Assembly (NCBI GenBank): GCA_050575255.1
Contig: JBNZDD010013649.1
Location: 1,752,487-1,816,486 of the forward strand
Reading direction: 5' to 3'
Length of the DNA: 64,000 nucleotides
Source: Harriotta raleighana
Lineage: Eukaryota
The translations under genes were made by a program, and so were the position numbers. This document shows positions 61,882 to 64,000 of the stretch, one piece after another. Each line of letters starts with the position of its first letter. Within the stretch, counting starts at the first letter, position 1. The notes beneath the pieces were generated by a model. The model saw nothing but the letters and a program-made list of their open reading frames with translations. It did not search any database and was not told the DNA's origin.

Positions 61882-61935
61882 ATTGTCACCATGGACGTTT
61901 CCTCATTGTACATTGTCATTTCCAATTCTGGAGCT
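61882..61935 (+). pseudogene. Penelope-like RT motif remnant
   Basis: IVTMDVSSLYIVISNSGA resembles the PLE RT motif LVT(M/L)DVxSLYTNIP; short, and the flanks are unrecognisable. Confidence 0.5.
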
Positions 61936-62369
61936 CAGATTTCCTTTTGCTACCAGGCAATTAATTACTTTGTTGGAAGACAGCTTGTTCTGAATTTCAT
62001 TTCAAAAGCAATAAACATGGTCTGCATTTTACATTGATTTATTTTTCTTCCAAATGAAGCAGTGTGTGGTGTGTGTGTATTGGAGGGTCGGGGTGGGAGG
62101 GGTGGTGGGGGAGAGAATAATTGGAAATATATCTTCTCATAAACATTGTCTTTTTTTCTGATTTTTAAACAAAACCTTGTACATTATCTTACTTTGAAAG
62201 AAGAAATTCCAACATTTCCCCGGAAGGAAGACTTTTGATTCTACCATCCAGCAATTACCGGCTTTGGTGAAATTCAGTGGACTCTTATCTTTTGAAATTA
62301 CTTTTTTTCTATAAAACTAAGTTGAGTAGTGTCTGGTTCCATATTTCGCTGCCTAACCTGATACTCCAG

Positions 62370-62640
62370 GGCAGTGGTGGGGGAGCGCTGCAATGTCAGA
62401 GGTGACATCCTTTGGATGAGATGTTAAACTGAAGTTTGGCCTGCCTGCACGGGTGGACATCAAAGATCCCGTGGCACTGTTCACCTGGTGTCCTGGCCAA
62501 CAATCTGAAATCGGTCATTGACCTATTGAATGTTTGTGGAACATTGCGTGCCAAAATTAATTGTTTGTCGACGAGATGCAAAGTCGCTAGACTTTACAAT
62601 ATATCCGGGGAAGTGTTTTCGGACATCCTCCTGATATGAT
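62370..62640 (+). mobile_element. Deu-domain SINE
   Basis: gtcagaggtgacatcctttggatgagatgttaaactga...gggtggacatcaaagatcccgtggcact...gtcctggccaaca. Confidence 0.8.
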
Positions 62641-63884
62641 AGGAGGTATACCTAATGTGAGGCTTGTGAGTATATTTTGTCCCAGGTTTGGAATGAGATG
62701 CCAGGACATTTTGTTGACAATGGATGCTAACTTTGCCTTCTGAAGGAGTACTTGACATGAGTCTTTCCCTCGCTGCATGTTGACAGACAACCAACAGACT
62801 CTGGAGCTTTTTTTGAGTCAAAAGGTTGAATGAAAGGTAGACATGCTCTTGAGTTGTACGAATTGACATTTCAGTGATTAAAAGGTACAGAGCAGAAAAG
62901 TTCAAAGAAAATGATAGGCGGAACATTTTTTCAATGCTTTACTGACTAATGGGTTCTGCTCCTGCTTTGCGTTTTACAAGTTGTCAGATTTGTGTGAAAT
63001 TTAAGTAACTTTCTCCATTATAAATACAGCGTGAGGCTCGCCATGGAATGGAGTGTACCTTGGATTTTACATTTGTTATGTTTTTTTTCCATTAAAGCAG
63101 AATGACCTTTATAAATACTTAAACAACTGTTCCTTCAAGTAATGAGAAAATGGAGGATGTCAGACTCCTTCCTATTGTTTGCTTTGGAGTTTTGAATAAT
63201 TTTTCAAACCCTGGTGGTATATTACCCTTTCTCGCATACGCAAGATACTGTAATTCGATCTAAACCACACTCCTTAAATCTGATTAGTTTCCGTTCAGAT
63301 ATTTTCAAGGAGGGAAAAGCAACAAGGTGCAGGAAATTGGAGAAAATATGATTTCAGAACAAAACTAATGCACAGGACAGTCTAAGAACCAAGTCGCTCT
63401 ACCTTGCTCCCTCCCTCACCTTATTCAAGGTCTATCTCAAGCCTAACTTTGACCATAGCATAGGTCATCTTTCCCCTCTTCGCTCAGATTAGGGGCAAAG
63501 CCATTATTGTTAAATGCCACAACTTCTTGGCCCTTGGAAAACCATCCTCGCTTGAGACCAGACTTGTATCAAATAAGTTCTGATGACTCTCCAAGACTGA
63601 ACAGCCAGAACTGTGATTTGTGGTAGAGATTTTTCATAATGGTATTAAATTATTTATTCTGTGTTTTTTTTTAAAAAAGTCAAAGTAAATTGAAAGTGAA
63701 TGATGAAATGAAGTTGAATGCGCCTAAAGCATAGAAAGTGCAAAGCAAAATTGAATTGCATCTGAACTAATGATGACATGACAAAAATAAATCATCAATC
63801 AAAAGCTTTAGCACTTGAATACTTTGTGCATTCGGTCAATTTTTTAATATTACCATTTATTACTCATATGCAGACTGTCATTTC

Positions 63885-64000
63885 TGACTTGCATGTTGTC
63901 CTTGGAATGAGAGGTCGAACCGTTGTCCCAACTCCCTGTTCAGGTGGATGTTAAAGATCCCATGGTAACTATTTGAAAAGAAAAGGGAGCTTCTCTCATT
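63885..64000 (+). mobile_element. Deu-domain SINE cut off by the window end
   Basis: gttcaggtggatgttaaagatcccatggtaactatttgaaaag. Confidence 0.7.

Overview
Eukaryotic, vertebrate genomic DNA that is repeat-rich and almost entirely non-coding. The repeat content (tRNA-headed SINEs with L2-type tails, Deu-domain SINEs, L2 and CR1 LINEs, pogo/Tigger-type MITEs, Penelope-like fragments) suggests a cartilaginous fish, possibly a chimaera; this is an inference. No intact cellular protein-coding gene is visible. The only recognisable protein fragments are retroelement-derived: L2 RT at 5207-5752, an L2 ORF2 C-terminus at 20265-20630, CR1 ORF2 at about 44330-45570 and a Penelope RT motif at about 61882. 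A possible first exon at 3119-3163 encodes a signal-peptide-like string that ends in a stop just before a GT donor, so the rest of the window may be one long first intron. Most notable observations: (1) two copies of a Penelope-type element whose combined consensus restores a complete minimal hammerhead ribozyme core, one copy lying inside a fold-back; (2) a MITE carrying a 29-bp E-box/CRE tandem array; (3) a second MITE family with a variable, microsatellite-bearing centre; (4) a local inverted templated insertion; (5) modular SINE architecture; (6) two assembly artefacts, an Illumina adapter and a haplotype false duplication. All family assignments are by eye and from recalled consensus motifs, not database searches; many boundaries are approximate.
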